From Spirochaetales bacterium (GTDB lineage Bacteria; Spirochaetota; Spirochaetia; Treponematales; UBA12059), in NCBI GenBank assembly GCA_016928955.1, contig JAFGJV010000005.1, positions 1 through 44,832 of the forward strand: DNA of 44,832 nt, in the 5' to 3' direction. This document shows, in pieces, positions 44,647 to 44,832 of the stretch (within the stretch, counting starts at the first letter, position 1; every line of letters starts with the position of its first letter). Under the pieces are notes generated by a model. The model did not search any database, was not told the origin of the DNA, and saw only the letters and a list, made by a program, of their open reading frames with translations. The position numbers were made by a program, and so were the translations under genes.

Positions 44647-44675
44647 ATAGTAGCACAACTTCTATCACTTGGCCA
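44647..44675 (-). promoter_or_regulatory. Putative leaderless promoter of the pfkB gene
   Basis: TGGCCA-N17-TACTAT with TGn extension, 6 nt before ATG 44640; no SD. Confidence 0.55.
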
Positions 44676-44747
44676 TAATCGTCAACGCGGCACTCTCCGA
44701 GGGCGACGCTTCAGCACGGCATCCTTGGATCCACTGCCCCCCCCACC

Positions 44748-44832
44748 TCAGCGCGCCCCCTCTGAACTCGGCTTTTTATATTCCGGGAGCAGATACACGA
44801 AGCGGCCCCCCTCGACGAGCCGCGCATACGTA
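44748..44832 (-). CDS. Possible 3' end of a gene entering from beyond the window
   Basis: Minus-strand frame ...TYARLVEGGRFVYLLPEYKKPSSEGAR* looks protein-like; too short to assign. Confidence 0.35.
   Translation of the reverse strand, partial: TYARLVEGGRFVYLLPEYKKPSSEGAR

Overview
High-GC bacterial chromosomal window, most likely from a free-living or anaerobic spirochaete. This is inferred from spirochaete-style lipoboxes, a Lsa36-like surface protein and a eukaryote-type UDPGP; no database was consulted. Left part: 5' part of a probable 6S RNA, a divergent EF-G paralogue, a long Lhr helicase, and an NrdR-boxed nrdR-nrdD-X-nrdG operon. Middle: an m5C rRNA methyltransferase, a polyprenyl synthase, and a lower-GC accessory block in which three repeat lipoproteins (FG-GAP, BspA-LRR, ankyrin) are divergent from two membrane-anchored LuxR regulators. 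These are followed by HAD, pgm, a DEDDh exonuclease and a 2850-aa Ig-repeat lipoprotein behind a perfect sigma54 promoter with tandem palindromic enhancer-like sites. Right part: SBP-like protein, M23 peptidase, outer-membrane protein, a frameshifted membrane gene, glk, UDPGP, lon and pfkB. The most striking system is a split class III ribonucleotide reductase. Its catalytic subunit (thioredoxin-type signature) lacks the glycyl-radical loop, which is instead encoded on a separate 171-aa protein fused to a CxxC thioredoxin/glutaredoxin domain. Other notable signals are repeated leaderless promoters and CtsR-like heptads at lon. No CRISPR, tRNA, rRNA or transposase was recognised.
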